DNA of 63,638 bases, filler included, from Choristocarpus tenellus KU-1152 (lineage: Eukaryota; Protista; Phaeophyceae), in the NCBI GenBank assembly GCA_964200185.2. It is 9 parts of 9 records of this genome, joined end to end, with 100 filler letters (N's around TTAATTAATTAA, not from the genome) between each part and the next. Parts side by side here need not be neighbours in the genome. Positions count along the whole stretch, not along the records: positions 52,240 to 63,638 come from CAXNAD020002337.1; 8 more parts are not named here. The stretch is one strand, 5' to 3'. This document shows, piece by piece, positions 62,943 to 63,638 of the stretch. The first letter of the stretch is position 1. Every line of letters starts with the position of its first letter. The position numbers and the translations under genes were made by a program. The notes beneath the pieces are model-generated. The model did not search any database. It saw only the letters and a list, made by a program, of their open reading frames with translations, and was not told the DNA's origin.

Positions 62943-63216
62943 GTCTCAAAGTATCTGGGGGGGGGGGAGGGAGGGACGGCGCAAAAAAAACTGCTGTGAA
63001 TAGGGGGGGGGGGTGTTGTGGTGGGGGTTTAAAATGGGGGGGGGGGGGGGGGGAGGGAGGGACGGCTGTCCATTTGGGGTCAATTTTTTGTATGTCGCGA
63101 TTTTTGTGTGATTTGGTTGCATACGTCGTATGGATAATGCAAGTGCACCTTTCCTGGTTATGGCCCAAATGGACAACCTGGTGTAGACCCCCCCCCTCCC
63201 CCAGATACTTTGGTTC
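62943..63216. mobile_element. MITE family A with expanded internal G-runs
   Basis: tcaaagtatctggggg / ccccagatactttgg; TSD GGGG; internal homology to 5753-5933. Confidence 0.85.
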
Positions 63217-63638
63217 GGGGGTAAAAGTGGGGAAATGAGTAGATGCGTAGGAACAGGGGCTCCAATTTCCACTCCAAAACAATAAAATAGGCATTCCTGT
63301 GCATGCTCCGCGAAGCACTTTCAGAGCTACTTGAGGAATGGGCGGTGGATGAGAGACACTCTCCCAAGGTTCTACAATAATAAACTAAACCGTCGAATGT
63401 TGAGGTACAACAGCCACTGTACAGGCCACCACACCACCAGGGCAGTCTCGTCAGTCATGTGACGTACTGGCCCAGTGGTGCATTGGCATTTCACAATTCA
63501 ACTCTAGAACCCACTCTCAGTTATCACCACTTGGGGAGGTGGGTAGTGCCCCTGCATGCCGAATCAACTCAGCAAATACAAGACACCAACTCTACCCCAT
63601 CTCGCCTCTTCGTCGCTAATGTGCCTAAAGAACAGAAA

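Noticed and set aside
103-63367. Most short ORFs in the supplied track
   Set aside because: Antisense shadows, repeat-derived or chance ORFs; real genes here are spliced.

Overview
Eukaryotic, intron-rich, transposon-laden genomic DNA. It is most consistent with a brown alga or related stramenopile (inference from TTAGGG repeats, a spliced Zn2Cys6 gene and the retroelement types). The window is nine contigs joined by artificial 100-bp linkers (Ns containing TTAATTAATTAA), so adjacency across the gaps is not biological evidence. Recognisable host genes: a complete 3-exon organellar ribosomal protein bL9 gene head-to-head with a CSN2-like gene, the last exon of an OTU1/YOD1-like deubiquitinase, a centrosomin-motif-1 coiled-coil gene, a myristoylation-motif PX+GOLD+coiled-coil gene, a Zn(II)2Cys6 transcription factor and tRNA-Gln(CTG). 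Mobile DNA includes Copia, Gypsy-like, RTE and CRE-like retroelements, a short hairpin-tailed retroposon, and two MITE families that share termini and 4-bp TSDs (Sola2-like). The most interesting signal is invisible in the ORF track. In contig 1, hand-splicing the minus strand reconstructs a decayed multi-exon gene with a possible ParB-like HTH, an acidic linker, a PHD finger and a prokaryote-type beta-class DNA amino-methyltransferase (N4C/N6A) fold whose catalytic and SAM-binding motifs are replaced. All protein-family calls are by-eye motif recognition, not database hits.
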